This document shows, piece after piece, positions 1 to 14,219 of a stretch of 64,000 nt of DNA. Position numbers and translations under genes: made by a program. The first letter of the stretch is position 1, and every line of letters starts with the position of its first letter. The DNA is from Obrimoposthia wandeli (lineage: Eukaryota): contig CDROCS010001715.1 of NCBI GenBank assembly GCA_977020255.1, forward strand, positions 186,001 to 250,000, written 5' to 3'. Under the pieces are notes generated by a model. That model searched no databases. It worked only from the letters and a program-made list of their open reading frames with translations, and was not told the DNA's origin.

Positions 1-1289
1 TCAAATGAACTATTGGTAAAGCCTTCAAATATAAGGAAATAGTTTGTAGTCAACGTCTCGGGATTACCTTCATTGTACCTTTAAAGTAATTGGTCGTGAA
101 TTTACCCGTTGTTCTACTTCTAAGAAAACTGTGATTGTTTTATGTTTTAATAGCTGTTGAACTCCCGAATAATGTTTGTGTTTCACATGTACCTCTTTGA
201 TTAATAGCCAAGTTATCCAAACGTTTCTTGACAAATTATAAATGGAAATCCAATCAACATTTCATAACTATGACTTTATGACTATGCCAAATACTGCCGA
301 AATCTTAAAACTTCTCTCCTGTTTTTTTATATATTTTACTGAAATTTACAAAAGTTTATATTAACCTGTAAAGAATCAACTTTATTAATTAACTAAGATC
401 GCTATGTACACCTTCAATACTGCGTCGCTCACCAACATATGATTTATTTAATTTTATTGCAGATTTGCCCTCTAAAATTTGTTACTTCTCATTATATTCA
501 TCATGTAAGTATCGTTATTACACAGAAGCAGTATAAAATGACGGTTATCGCTCATTAGGTCAACGACCCTCCTGAGTTATGAGCTATGAGTTGAACCCAC
601 GACACTTGCAATTTGATCTTTTCTGATGAATGCTCAACTCATATCTCATAGCACAGTATTAACGACTACCAATATTTAGACCTATTTTTTATTTTGAAAT
701 GTAAGTGGGCTAATTAAAAGCATTTGTAAACTGTATTAGAGAGGTTCTAAAGATTGTGTAGTTTGGACTTTTACTATGGATCTTGTGTCACCCGTTTCTC
801 TTCAAATGTTGAGGTTTCTTAGAAGCTTTGTCATATGTTTTCATTGTATCCAATTTGAATTCTCTTCTTTCTAAACGTTAAACTAACTTTCATCCCATCT
901 ACTGCTGGATAATAAAATTCACTTCATAATTATCTTAGCAACTTTTTTCAAGAACTTAAAACCTTTCGAAGCACATTCAATTAGAATTTCTTAAAATTGA
1001 CTCGTTGGACTCGTTTGCAAGTCGTTTTTAGCGACAATGAAAATTTACTTCACCTATTTAAACGATGATTCCATAACGTAATTTATTTTAAGTATATTTT
1101 CTTTTATCTCCATAATCACAGGATATTCATACAAATCTTTATTACAAATATACTGAAATAAGATAAATGGAAACAAATCATGGCTAGGTTGTGTGTCAGT
1201 ACTATACATTTCAGTAACACTTTACGCGTTTAGTTTAACTATTTTGACATATTTATTAAAGGCTTTTGGGGTATAGCGCTGCTTACGTA

Positions 1290-1500
1290 TTCCTTTGATT
1301 GATATTGAGTTGGTCCGGATTCCAGCTCGAGATCTCGTGGACAATTTGTGGGAAGTGTCAAATTTCCCAATGCATTTGTTTGAAGTTTTCTTCAGATATA
1401 TTCGCATATTGCGTCCACATTTACAGATCTGTTCAACACGAATTAGACCTTCTTCTCTCAGAGCACAATATACAAGGAAGCTTTTTCTTGGTTATATTCA
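1290..1500 (-). pseudogene. possible Merlin/ISXO2-like transposase N-terminal remnant
   Basis: Minus frame reads LREEGLIRVEQICKCGRNMRIYL...STRSRAGIRTNS, resembling the L-x-E-x-GL...C-x-C...M...SIR zinc-ribbon start of Merlin transposases. No DDE core was recognised. Confidence 0.3.
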
Positions 1501-4149
1501 CAGTATAAGTTCGGTTTGCCATGTAGTTTACTTAAAATATGGAAATTACGTACTTATTTAAAAATAATTAAACATTCTTCGATTGAATGATGACTGTAAC
1601 CCATAATTTTCCAAAATGTCTTCCAAACCTAAATTGTGAACACAATTATTCCTTTTATTTCAGTAAAAATGGCGATGTAACAGCTTTGGACCCAACACCA
1701 ACATTAAATTCATTTTCCACTTTTATGATAGGTCTTGGGAGGAAATATTGTCATTTTGGAACCAAACGTTGGGGCAAAGCGTTTACATGTTTTTTTGAAA
1801 AAAGAATATTGATCATTTTTGATTGAAGCTGTAAAGTTTCTTGTAAAATAGATTCTAGACTCACAAGTTGAAATATAATAAAGACAATTTAATACAATAT
1901 ACATCTATATTGGTTATTTTAAATGAAAGACTAAAACGTGTATTTCAAAAGAAAGATTAATCAAAACTTAGTAACGAGTAATCCATTATGGAAGATTAAA
2001 ATTAATCTGCTAGTTCTCAGAAATATACGGAAATGCTAGAGGAAACTCATGAATTAAATATCAAGAATAAGGCATATGAACGCTAATATTTTAATTTTTA
2101 TAAGAATTAAAATATTAAATTATTATATAAAATTATGTTGTAAATTATATATATTTCATCAAGTGGTATTTATTAAAATCACTGTTGTTTAAATAATATG
2201 TAGTTAACATTTGTAATAATTTTTGTAGAGCATTTAAATTGTGAGAAAACGTTTAGGCTGAAGTCGTACGTAGTCAGAACTTTGTTTATGTTTATCTTTA
2301 AAACAGCTGTTAAATTCATGTTTCTTTCAGATATTTTACTAACCTACACGTTTATAAATTATATTCTTTCAGAATATAAACTATTCAGTATTTGTAAGTA
2401 AACTTTTATATATTTAATATTAAAAAATTTATTATTAATTTACTTTATTTATATTATTTATTCATTATTATTAATTAAATATTAAATATATCTACAGGAT
2501 TTTTTCCTTATAAATAAACTGTAAATTGTCATATTTGATAAATTAAAGTATTAAAAAATGCCATAATTTGAAGTTTTTCACATTATTGTATATTATTTCT
2601 TTTAAATATGTCGTAATTAAATATAATTAGCTCCATAACAAAATATTACAACATATTTCAATTAATGATAATTATAAATTAAAAATCTACAATAAATGAT
2701 CACTTTTAAAACTTGCTAAATTATTAAAATTATGCTATTATTTTATAAGTTTAAAAATAATTTGTTATTTTAATTATTTTAATTATTATAATTATATTTT
2801 TACATACTTCTTATTTAATAATTAGGTTATACATTTTTATTTTAAAATTCCAAAATAAAACTGCTGTAATCGCCATTTTTTGCAAATGGATATTTTTAAT
2901 GTTTACGTGGGCAAAGTCCAATTAATGCCAACGTTTAATGCCATTTAACTACTCAGAAAATCACCTACAAAATTAAAAGAATATCTAAATAACATATCAC
3001 AATAAGATATAACATTATTTAAATATTTTTGGATGAATTATGTAATTAAGTGTCTACAATTATAATACTACTATTAATGTGGCACTGTTCAGTAAAATTG
3101 GTTTAATTTATAAATTAGAAAGAAAAAAAATTACCTTTGATTACAGAAATTGACAAAATAAATAAACCGAAAATATCTAGTTTCATAATTCTGTAAGTCC
3201 AATAGTGAATTTCAATGAAACAAACCGCTATATTTATATCTCAAGCATAATCTTCAAAACAAAACCGCTGAAAGTAAAAGTGACAAACCAAACTTTTATA
3301 TATCAATAATATTTGTGCTGACATAGAAAAAAGTTGCCAAAAAGTAATGACATCGATCACACGATCATAAACATTCTGTTAGCATCATCAGCTACTTACA
3401 ATTTCTGAACTTAGAGCTTAAATGGAAAATATTTTATCATGATAAACAAAGAAAATAATTTCTAATTTTGAATAGCATATTTTCTCGGTTCGCAATTTCA
3501 AAAATATTTTAACAAGGATTTATCTGGAGAATTAATGTCAAAATACTGAATATGTAATTTTTCAACAAAACAAGTTGAAACTTATAAAGTTTTTTATTCT
3601 TATTTTAGTGAATGGATATTTTGAGTAGTTTGTGTGTAAACTCATTGCTGCACGTCCTCAACTTATTCTTAATTTTAAATAAATACGGCGAGTGTTTTAT
3701 TTTCATTGGAGTCGCACGATTTAATACGAATTCCTATGGGCCATTGTTGATAAGCAGATTTTTCAATGTCAGAGGGACTAAAGTTTCTCATCAAAGTTCC
3801 CCCAGGATAGCTAGCATTTGGGTAATGGTTGATTCATGTCTCATCGTCAGCAGTGCTTACCACAAATTACCAATGAAGACAGTCACACATCGTACTCATA
3901 AAGTTTGATAAAAAGTTGAGGTCATTACATCCCCATGGGGTTCGTCCTATCAGATGCAATTATACTCCAAATGCCAGCTATCACAATGAACGAGTATAAG
4001 CCAATAACACAATATAATTTTAATTACACAATGAAAGACTGTGTGCTGTTTTGATTTCATCTAATTCATGGCTTAGACAAATTCTTAAGTTGTTAAATTC
4101 TGATTTATATGGTTTTACTCAAAAGAATATGTTGATCAATAGTTAAATT

Positions 4150-6072
4150 TATTTTTGAAGACTAGTAACGTTTATTTTAATTTATTTTTTAGGTGTTTAT
4201 TAAAAACCCATTTTTCCTTAAATTCTTCAAATATTTTTAAAAACAAATATTTACAAACCATAACAGTAGTATTTAATAAAGCGGTAATATCTAATCACGT
4301 GTGTGAGAAAATACCTTTTTGATAATATGTGGGATCTTGAATTGAATTCTGGCATTGCTGGGTAGCCAATGAATCTTCCTAAAGTTCACTTTGAACTAGC
4401 ACTTTTCTTTAATTTGGAATCTAAATTTAACCCTTAAAATTTCTGTAAGCAATTTAAATGATTAATATTTGTGCAAACCATTTTGAAAATCAAGTCTTGA
4501 AGTAATAATTCGCACAATGTTAGCATTGGAATTATCTCAGTAGTATTTTCTTTAAAAAAGATCTTATTAGTTAAATCATTTTGATATGTTTTATCACTTT
4601 ATTAATTAGAACGAAAGTTTATTACAATCAATTAAATTATTTGTCTCAATTTTGATCAATTAATGAAGGTATGATATTTTTGAAAGGATTTTGTAAATTT
4701 TCAAAAGATTTTCAATTTTGAATAAAGATTAAAAAAGACATTTTGAAAATGGTAGAAGAAAATCAATTGATTAATATTTTAAAGAAAACAAGATTAGATA
4801 TAATAAAATAAACATAATTCATTAAATATATATTCCATAAGAGCAGCCTCTCATCGACCCGGTAAATTGATTGAGCTTTGATAATCAATACTAAAATGAT
4901 TTGCAGTATTATTAGGTTGAGTTAATGGTAAATATACATTGAATTCTGAGATGCTAATATCCAACTGAGTTTCACTGTATTCGTTTCACTTCTACTAAAT
5001 ATTGTGTATGCTTTCCCGACCCTTTGTCTCTAAGATTTCTTGTATTCTGTATATACTTTTGGTTTTCAGGTAATACTTGTAATTCTTCATCATAAAATTT
5101 ACATATTTTATTTTTTGATCTCCATCCTCAATAAAAGTACATTACTGGAGCAAGTTTGGAATCGATTTTAGTTTTTGAAATACTCCCATCACTCCACCCC
5201 TTCGAAATTCTTTATAAAGCGAGTAGTACTAATTTGTGAAATGTGTACATAATCTCCAATCTTATACTTGGGTTTCTTTCCACTTGAGTCTGATTTCCTG
5301 ACGTTGCCATTATTTCCATAGCATTTTCATCTGAAATATCTATCTGCTCATTTCCATCGAGGGAGAATGCTCATTGTGATTATATACAAATATAATTTTA
5401 GGTAAAATTGTGATCCAAAGTATTTCCTGACTTTTAGTGAAATACTTTTTCAATCGATTCAATCGATCTCAATGTTCAATTAAATCTGTCAACTAGAACT
5501 ATTTTAAATTGAGAAAACATAGAATAATTATTTATCCCAGTTTTTTCATTAAGCCACCAACATGTTTATTATAAAAACTCTCTACCACTATCAGTTAGAA
5601 CATGCATTTCTTTCTGTCATCAATTGTTTCATTGCTTCTAACACATCTATACCAGATTTAGATCTTTAGGCATAGTTTCTAACCTTGCTAAAAACATCAA
5701 CACAAGTTAAAATATATCTGTATCCTGAGCTTTAACGGCACGTTGAATCATCTCCATCAAATCCACTTGCCATAAATCATTACCGTCTGTCTTGTATGAT
5801 CTCGCCGAGAACTGGTGTTTCATCAGTTTGTTCAAGTTGTGCTGCGATTTGTCAACCATGCCCGAGCTTTCTTTTGTTTGTCTTTGCTTCTTTTCCCAAT
5901 TTTGAAATTCCTAAAACCAACGGAATGATTTGGACCGAACCATATTTTCTCCATTGCCAACTAGATGAATTAATTTTAATATTGAGTTTAGAATGAAAGT
6001 TATGTCACCATTAATATCCAGAGATTTTAACTTTCATGTTTACACTATTTTCTATTTATAAATTCCATAATT
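4150..6072 (-). mobile_element. Polinton/Maverick fragment A (integrase plus start of penton), truncated by the LTR at 6073
   Basis: Decayed frames are homologous to the copy C integrase and penton. Left boundary is approximate. Confidence 0.8.
4940..5954 (-). pseudogene. Polinton retroviral-like (c-)integrase, decayed
   Basis: MEKIWFGP start; YKTDGNDLWQVDLMEMI; GYRYILTCVDVFSK; C-terminal KFYDEELQV...KGSGKHTQYLV. These match 50942-51971; several stops and frameshifts. Confidence 0.85.
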
Positions 6073-7463
6073 TGTTATATTACTAATAACTGATCAGTTT
6101 GGGCAAATCCAATATTTCGTAAAATAAGAGTTGGCAATTCCAATATTATATTTGATCAACAGATCAGTTTGGGCGAACCAATATTTCGTAAAATAAGCAG
6201 TGGGCAATTAATTTTGTTTGTCAACAGTCAGTTTGGGCGTTCAACAGGAAATTTCGAAAATCAAAGTGGGCAATTCAATAAAATAAGCCTCAATAAAATG
6301 TTATATTTCTTTTTCTTTGTAAATTCTCAGGAACGATCAAAAACTATTTTAGCAAATTAGCAATTTGTTTTGTGTTTTTCATATATTTGGAACGATCAAA
6401 AATCCAATTCCAATACTTTTTAACAGGAACGATCAAAAATCCAAGTAAATTTGTTTTGTGTTTTTCATATATTTTCCATACAATTGATAAATTAATAAAT
6501 TAAGAATTTGTGGTATACATAAAAATGTTATCCGTAGTTTCCAAATGTAAGTTCTAATAATCACAAATTTTTTAATGAATCCATAAAATTGTAATCCGTA
6601 GAGGCTTATACATGGGACATGCACAGAGTTGAAAAGAGCCATACTGTCCAACTGTGCTGCAGTTGTGTACACACATAGATTAGTGGGCAGAGATGGCACC
6701 ACAACACTATGTTGTATTTTGTCTGAGGAAGGAGAGAGAATCCCTGTGCCAATGCACACACAAACAATCGTCAAGGTTGATCTGGACGTAACAGCTGGGT
6801 ATGGACACACACACACAGAAACTGAAAAGGGCGATACACAATAATAATAATAAAAAATAGCAATTTAACGAGGCAGTAAAAGCTGATAATTGGAGGTGTG
6901 ACATGTACACAACTACTGCAAATAAGCAAGACTAAATAATCATAGGCAATAAAATACGAACTTAAATATCAATAATAATGGTAATAATAATGGTAATAGT
7001 AAAGGTAGAGAATAGTCCTAGAATGTTTAGTGGTAAATCAGATATCAATTAATGTCAGCAATCCGGGGAAAAATGGGCAGCGGAAAGAGAGGATTGTATG
7101 TCCAACTGTGCATGCACATCTCTGCCTTGGTAGCCACCATCCGAAGACGGCCGATCAGGATGACGGGAAAACGATGGGGAAGGATGGCGGGAGAGAGTGT
7201 GTAGCCGGGATCCGCTGACCGTTGCCGACTGAACGAATGCCGACGGCGATCTGCCGCCAGGCTGGGAGACTGGGCGGAAAATTTTTCCATAAATCAATCT
7301 TATCTACATGCCGCCTTCCTGATGAGCCCGGCAGGGCGAAACAGGACTTTCCACCCGTCTGAGGCTGAATTTGAAAAACCTCCCTAATTGTGGGCACTTT
7401 AGATAATTTATAAAATGTCAATTTAAATTGACTTTCTAAATTAATTATTAATTAATAACAACA
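6073..7463 (-). repeat. 3' LTR (left copy)
   Basis: Starts TGTTATATTAC, ends TAACAACA; direct repeat of 20014-21250; tandem units of about 60-70 nt in the first 350 bp. Confidence 0.88.
7313..7365 (+). ncRNA. type I hammerhead ribozyme motif (weakened copy)
   Basis: GCCTTC-CTGATGA-GCCC GGCA GGGC-GAAA-C...GTC-TGAGGC. Core is intact, but stem III has an A-C mismatch and the first stem I pair is C-U. Confidence 0.75.
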
Positions 7464-7799
7464 ATCCTATGGGGGTAAACCAGTCAGACCTCTGACGTTC
7501 ACAAAAAAAATGAAAAATGAATATCCGTTTAGCATGTCTGTCAAAATGTGATTTTAAAAACAAAATTATCAAGGCTGCTAATCCATAATCCAAAAAAAAT
7601 TTGAACGTCAATTTTTATGTTACACTTTCGCGAGTAGTAAAAATATCTATTGCATGATGCATAAAATAATAAGAGTATAATATTTGGTCTTAATTAAAAA
7701 GTTGATGTCAGGATCAAAATTTCAGTAATTTGCAGAAAAATTTTGTATACGAAGTCATTTTAAAAATGATAAACAGTTTAAAAGTTGATAGGTTTTTGA

Positions 7800-10700
7800 T
7801 AACAAATAAGTCAATTGTTTGTGCAGTAATAATAATACCTTTTAACTATACGTTATCTAGAATAAAACAGTCGTTTGAATCAGAGTCGGAGTCGGATATC
7901 TCATTTGGGGTACCCAACAAATCATTCAAACGGAACTCCTCCACCAGTCTTTCTTTACGTTTGTCAAAAACTCGCTTAAGTTTCTTGCGTCTTCTAAACA
8001 AGTGTGATATTTCTTTTGAGATTCTTCTCCAAAATATTTCTCTATCATTGTTCTCAGTGCTATTTTTGGCCTAGTTCTGATCTAATTTCAGTGGATGCAC
8101 CTAGATCTACTATTCTTGCAAACTGACATCTTTCGAGTCGTAAAACTTTTAAATCATTTTCTACTCCCTGCTCCTACTAGGATGTTTCCGACTAGTATTG
8201 TTTGAGCTCTTGCTATAATGTCTTCCGCATCGGCTCTTCCTGTCAATGATTTCTCCGTAAAATGAGTCACTCGATGTACATAATTTCCGGATTCTTTCCC
8301 TCGGTGTGACTATTTCATGTAACACGATCTGGTTCTTTTCATCTATTATCGTGATACTTCCTAAAGCCTGTTTTTGTTAACTGCGGTGGCCATTTCACAA
8401 TCCATAAAAGATTTAACAGGTGCCTGTCTTGTAGGATTATTTTCTATGAACATGATTTTATTTGTCTTTTTTATAAGCTCTATAAAAAATGTATTGCGTC
8501 TAGGACTAAATTTTAATAAATATTCGTTTCTTAATTCGTTTTTTACTGATGGTGTATGAATGATTTTGGAGGAACATGTAACTTAAATCTTTCTCTTGCT
8601 TACTCATTAAGTGGGCTCGTCCTTCTGCTACATGTATCTCTATTTCCTCTATATCTATCAATTCACCTACCAATTCTATTAAACTTATCCTTACATTTTT
8701 TGTATGATGCATGGTGATTATGACACTTTTTCTACTAGTTTTAGTGATTTTCAATTTATTTGGGATGAACGTTTGATTTTCAAAAATGTGTTTGCTCTCA
8801 TCATTATTTTTAAGTTTCTCTTTCCTACTGTCTATACTTCCTATACTTCTTCTATAAAGGAACTTTGCTAAGATATTCATTTTTGGAGTACACTTTGTTT
8901 GTATTTCATCTTTGCTTAAATCTATAACTGGTGGTGAAGGACCGTCTTAACAACTTTCTCCCACTACACGGATCCATTTCCGTTTGTTTGTTGAGTATTC
9001 CATCTGTGATATATATAACAGAATAAGAATACAGCAAGGTCATTAGTCACAAAGCTCATGCAAAAATAAAAATAAATTATTAGTTCATTAGTTAGTTGGT
9101 TAATCAAGAGTATATCTAATATTGTACTAGTTCCTTGTTGCTCGATAATCATAAATAAAGTATAGATATATATATAGATATAATTATGTTTATTATTATT
9201 ATTTTCTCTTCTTTTTCCTTTTTAATTCAGTAAACATTATTTTCCTAAATCATGCTCATCATCTCTATTTCATTCTCAGTCTTTATTAAATGATTTTAAT
9301 TCTACTCACTAGGGGAATTTACTAATTGTCGCATCAGAATCATCGCTTTCTATATGTTGGAATCCCATCAAGTGATTCACCATTGATCGTAAGGATATTA
9401 GTGAATTTAACGCTTCTCTGAGTCTTTGTACTAGTATTTCTTGGCTTGATTGGCTATGTTCTAATCTTTCAATTGCAACGTCAAAAGCATTATTCATTCG
9501 TTCATTCCATTTCCTTGTCTTTTAAATGCGATCTCAGATTTATATTCTCTATCAACAATTTATTTTCCCATTTCTTCTGTCTCTTATATCTTCTTCTATT
9601 ATTTTGTACTAATTTTGAATTTCTCATTTTCTAAAATGTTAAAAAGTTTTTAAGTCTTATTTTAAAAAAAAATAAATAAATAAATCTTTTGATTTTTACA
9701 AATCAGTGTTGTTTTTCTCTTTGTGTTTATAGTTCTTGATTACCGTATCTATTGATGTATTGGATGAATTTGTACCACTTGGTATTATGGATGTTATGAG
9801 TGGACCTGGTGGTCCATACAGTTTGTTTAAGTGAAATGATTTTTTAGTTTTAATTCTTTTAAAAGTTTTTTATTTTTATTATTACTTTTATTAAAATGTT
9901 AAATATTTCAATTATTATTGCTATTATTATCTTAAATTCTGTATGATATATGTTTTTGTGAATGATTTCGTTGACTAAAAAAAAATGTTATATGTTTTAA
10001 GTTCATCGATTTTGATGAATTTATTGTATTTTTTAAAAAGGTTGACTGGTTTTGTATGTTTTCTTTAGAGATGATTGATGATATTTTCTTAAATATTTTT
10101 GTTGTATATTGTGTTAAATATATTTTCATTACTTTTGTTGATTTTAAAATAGGATCTTTTTTATTTTTATTATTAGCCAACTCCGCAAAAAAGAGTTGGT
10201 TGAAACATTTTTGATATCTTTTTTCCTATTGTTTCTAAAGTAGTTATGTTTTTGCAAGTATTCAAAATGTGTCCCCAACTTCTATACATCATTGGTTTTT
10301 ATTTGTGATTACACATTCTCTATATTGCACTATTATTTTCTCTAGATATCTTATATTTTCTATGGTTAAATTTGTTTTAGTTTGTGTATTTTCTAATTGT
10401 TTTTCTGAGTTTTTCCAAAAATTAACATTATGTCCTCTATATCTAATTCTAATGAGGGCTTTATCTAAGTCGTCTATTTTTAGTTGAAATTCCCATTTAT
10501 CATTATTTTATGTTTTGATATATATTTCGCTGTTGTTTCTAATATTGATGCTAGGTATATGTGAGTTGCTATAGTTCGTTGATAAAGTGTAAGGGTGTGT
10601 GTGTTTGATGTTAGTGTAATTTCATATTGTGTTTCATCTCTTAAGAATGGTATTGTATATTTTCGTGATTTTATTCCTATTATTGTTATGTTTTGTTTCT

Positions 10701-10990
10701 GTCTTTTTGTGTAATTTGTATATTTCCGGTTTTGTTTATAAAAAGCGAAATTTTTTAACTTTATAGATGTGATTTCTGGTATTATTGTAATTAAACCAAA
10801 ATTTTTTATAAGATGTGTTGTCGAGTCATGTTTATTTATAACATTTTTTTTATAGTTAGTTTTTTTATCATTTAGTTTGTTAACATTTGCTCCTTGTACG
10901 TTTTTACTTATGAAGAGATAAATTGCGAATATTATTAAAATTTTGAAAAAATCCTTTATTGATATAACTATTGCTTTATTCCATTTACAT
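7800..10990 (-). pseudogene. decayed accessory ORF region between integrase and 3' LTR, unknown product(s)
   Basis: Broken minus-strand frames (8506-8880, 8964-9152, 9309-9497 and others); signal-peptide-like KDFFKILIIFAIYLFISKNVQG near 10890-10960. Confidence 0.45.
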
Positions 10991-11149
10991 TTTTTGTTTT
11001 TAATATTTTTCTCTGTATATCTTGTATTGGTAACATTTGTAAAACTGTGTTTTTGTGTTTGATCTCAAATTATATTTGTGGCTTTTTTTACTGTTGTATT
11101 CTCTTCTGGTACTTGTCGACATCTATTTATGTGTGTTCTTATTTCTTTT

Positions 11150-12250
11150 TGATTTTAGTTCATTGTCGAGTTTAGCTGTTATGTTAGTTCCATTGGTACT
11201 AATAACTGTATATGGTCCTTTTGTATGGTTTTGATAATTTGAGTGATAATCCTACAATGATTTGTGGATTGTGAATCATTATTTACTTCCGATTTTTATA
11301 TTTGATGGTTTAGTTCTTCTATCATAATATTCTTTGTAATTTTCTTGTATGTTTTTACAAATAATTTAGCTTTTCAAATGCTAGTTTTATTCTTTCTCTA
11401 ATTTCTATTTTGTATTCAGGTATTTCTAGGTATTGTGTAGTAGGTTGTAGTAATGTTAGATCAATAGGCATTTGCGGATCTCTGAGGAACATAAGGTAAG
11501 GTGTTTCTCCTGTAGATGCATGTACTGATGTTCTATATGCAAAAAGGCATGGGGGTATGTGCAAATCCCAATCTGTTTGGTTGTTGTTTGTATATGATGC
11601 CATCATATTTTCGAGGGTTCTATTAAATCTTTCTTCTAATCCGTCGGTTTGAGGGTGATATGGTGTTGTATTGATCTTTTTTATGTGAAAGATTTCAGCT
11701 ATTGATGCTAATACATTATTTATAAATTCAGGACCTTTGTCGGTTAATAACTTTCGGGGTGCACTAAAACCTTCGCGATGGTTTCAGCCTTATGATCATG
11801 TGTTGGAAAAGCCTCTGGCCATCTTGTAAAATAATCTGAAAATACTATTATATATCGATTTCCTCGGGGTGTTTCAGGTAATGGCCCCATTACATCCATG
11901 GCAACAGTTTCCATGGGGGCCGATGGATACGGTATTGGTTTTAAAGGTATCTTTGTGGTACGTAAGGTGTTTTTCTTTTAAAGACATATTTCACAAGTAT
12001 TACATCAATTTTTTACATCTTCTTTCATATCAATCCAATAATATTTTAAATTTAATCTCGAATGTGTCTTCTTTGTTGAAAGATGTCCTCCTAAAGCTCC
12101 GTTATGTATTGAAGGAGTAATTGGCATTGTATTTCTTTAGGTATAACTAGTGAGTACTGATTCTTATCGTTGCAATAATGGAAAAGGTGGTGACTGAATT
12201 TATACCGAGATTCAAGTTTTAAATGTTGTCTTAATTTTTCATCTGTTGGA
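11150..12250 (-). pseudogene. gypsy integrase
   Basis: YWIDMKEDV..CNTCEIC zinc finger; METVAMDVMGPLPETPRGNRYIIVFSDYFTRWPEAF; PYHPQTDGLEERFNRT; WDLHIPPCLFAYRTSVHASTGETP; PYKGPY (GPY/F). Confidence 0.93.
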
Positions 12251-12399
12251 ACTTGATTGATGGTGATATACTTAATTATTTGTTGTAATTCCGTATCTTT
12301 GCTTTGAAGATCGGTGATTACTTTATCATCATATCGAGCCTTGATTATTGTAAAAATATTTAATTCGGTGTCATTGGAATTTATTACATTTACTTCTTC

Positions 12400-13620
12400 T
12401 CTTATTCTAGAATAGGCAATCTGCATTGGCATTTGATTTACCTTTTCTATATTTAATTTCAATATCATATTTTGGAGAATTAACGCCCATCTCATTAGTC
12501 TAGATGTTGTATCTTTATGATTTAGTAGCCACTGTAATGGTCTTTGATCAGTATAAACGTGAACTTTTCGACCTAACAAGTAATGTTTAAAATGTTCCAT
12601 TGCAGAAACAAATAGCGAGGCATTCTCTTTCTATTGTTGAATAATTTATTTCGTGTTTTTTAAGACCTCTGCTTGCGTACGCTATCACATGATCTTTTCG
12701 TTATTATCCTGTTGTCCTAGTACTGCTCCTAACGCGTATCCACTTGCGTCAGTCATTACTAGAAACGAGTTGTTGAAATTAGGATATCTCAATATAGGTT
12801 TTTCAATCAATTTTTGTTTTAAGTACTCGTATGACTCTTGTTGTTCCGTTTCCCATTCAAATTTTTCATCCTTTTTAATAAGTTTGTTTAATGGTGTTGC
12901 TATTTGTGCAAAGTTTCTGATAAATCGACGATAATATCCTGCAAGTCCTAAAAATTCTTGTATATTTTTTACTGTTTTTGGAATTGGAAAATTCTTTATT
13001 TTTTCTATATTACTTTCATCTGGTTGAATTCCTTTTGCTGATACTGCGTGACCTAGATAATTCACTTTGTCTTTCATCCATTCACACTTTTTTGGTTTTA
13101 ATTTTAAACCTGCTATTTTTAATCTAAGAAATACATTTTCTAAATCTTTTAAATGTTCTTCAAAATTTTTTTGAAAAAATTAGAATATCGTCGATATAAA
13201 CCATGACATGATCGGCGTCCATCAAAATGTGGCTCATGCATCTCTGAAATGTTGCTGGAGCACCTGTTAATCCAAAAGGTAAAACGTTAAATTCGTATAA
13301 TCCTTCTCCTGTTGAGAATGCTGTTTTTCTGTATCTGATTCCTCTATTTCTATCTGCCAATATCCACTTTGTAAATCTAAGGTTGTAAATATTTTTGCAT
13401 TTTTTAGTTTATCTAAGATTTCATCAATTCTTGGAAGCGGATACGTGTCTTTATGTGTGATCTCATTTAATTTTCTGTAATCTACGCAAAATCTTAGTGA
13501 ACCATCTTTCTTTTTATCAAAACAACTGGAGATGTCCATGCTGAAAAACTTCTTCTTATGATTTTATTCTCTAACATTCCTTTTACCTGTCTTTGAGCTT
13601 CTTCTCTGTAAGCGTATGGG
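12400..13620 (-). pseudogene. gypsy reverse transcriptase and RNase H
   Basis: [86 protein letters not shown]; frameshifted. Confidence 0.95.
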
Positions 13621-13822
13621 ATACGGTAAGGTCGTTGTTTGATTGCTGTATTAATAGTTAACGGAAGGTTATGTTTAATTAAATCTGTTCGTCCAAGGTC
13701 ATATTCATTTTTGCAAAAATTACGTCATATTTTTCCATCAATGATTTTAATTTTGATTTCTCATAATCATTTAATCTAATATTTTCAAATTTTACAGTGG
13801 AATTGTCTTCTATTTTTCATTA

Positions 13823-14215
13823 TTAATTAATTCTATATTCTCTATAACACTTATTTTTCCAAGGCGTGTTCCTACTTTTTAGATGAATCTCGTTTATGTC
13901 TCCATTTAGTATTCTGATAGGTATTGTATTATTTTTTATTTTACAAATTATATTTGGTAGAACGTAATTTAATGTTTCCTGTTGATATTTATAAGGTTCG
14001 AATAAGATGTCTTTTTCTGTAACTATGTTAGTTTCTAATTGTAATATTGTTTCTGTTCTAGGTTGAAGGATGATATCTCCTTTTATTTCCAATTCGTATT
14101 CGCTTTTAGCGTTTGGTCTGTAAATGTCTTTAATTTGATTTTTCTCGAAGTCGAAATGAAAATTGTTTCCTAATTTCCTTAATATATCTATTCTATTATC
14201 ATCTGACATGGACAA
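13823..14215 (-). pseudogene. spacer between protease and RT, possibly a degenerate dUTPase-like fold
   Basis: IILQPRTETIL...LFEP...PIRILN pattern, like spacers seen after the protease in some gypsy pol proteins. No catalytic dUTPase motifs were recognised. Confidence 0.35.
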
Positions 14216-14219
14216 TTTT

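Noticed and set aside
6085-6300. Regularly repeated units resembling a CRISPR array (also 20025-20160 and 24950-25110)
   Set aside because: These are tandem repeats without unique spacers, inside eukaryotic LTRs, with no cas genes.
7030-7421. Overlapping ORFs in the GC-rich LTR segment (also 20818-21206 and 24232-24818)
   Set aside because: Short, open in several frames because of GC content, with no recognisable domains; better explained as LTR regulatory or structured RNA sequence.
7464-7485. Expected polypurine tract next to the 3' LTR
   Set aside because: Minus strand reads ...CCCCCATAGGAT, not a convincing PPT, so none was annotated.
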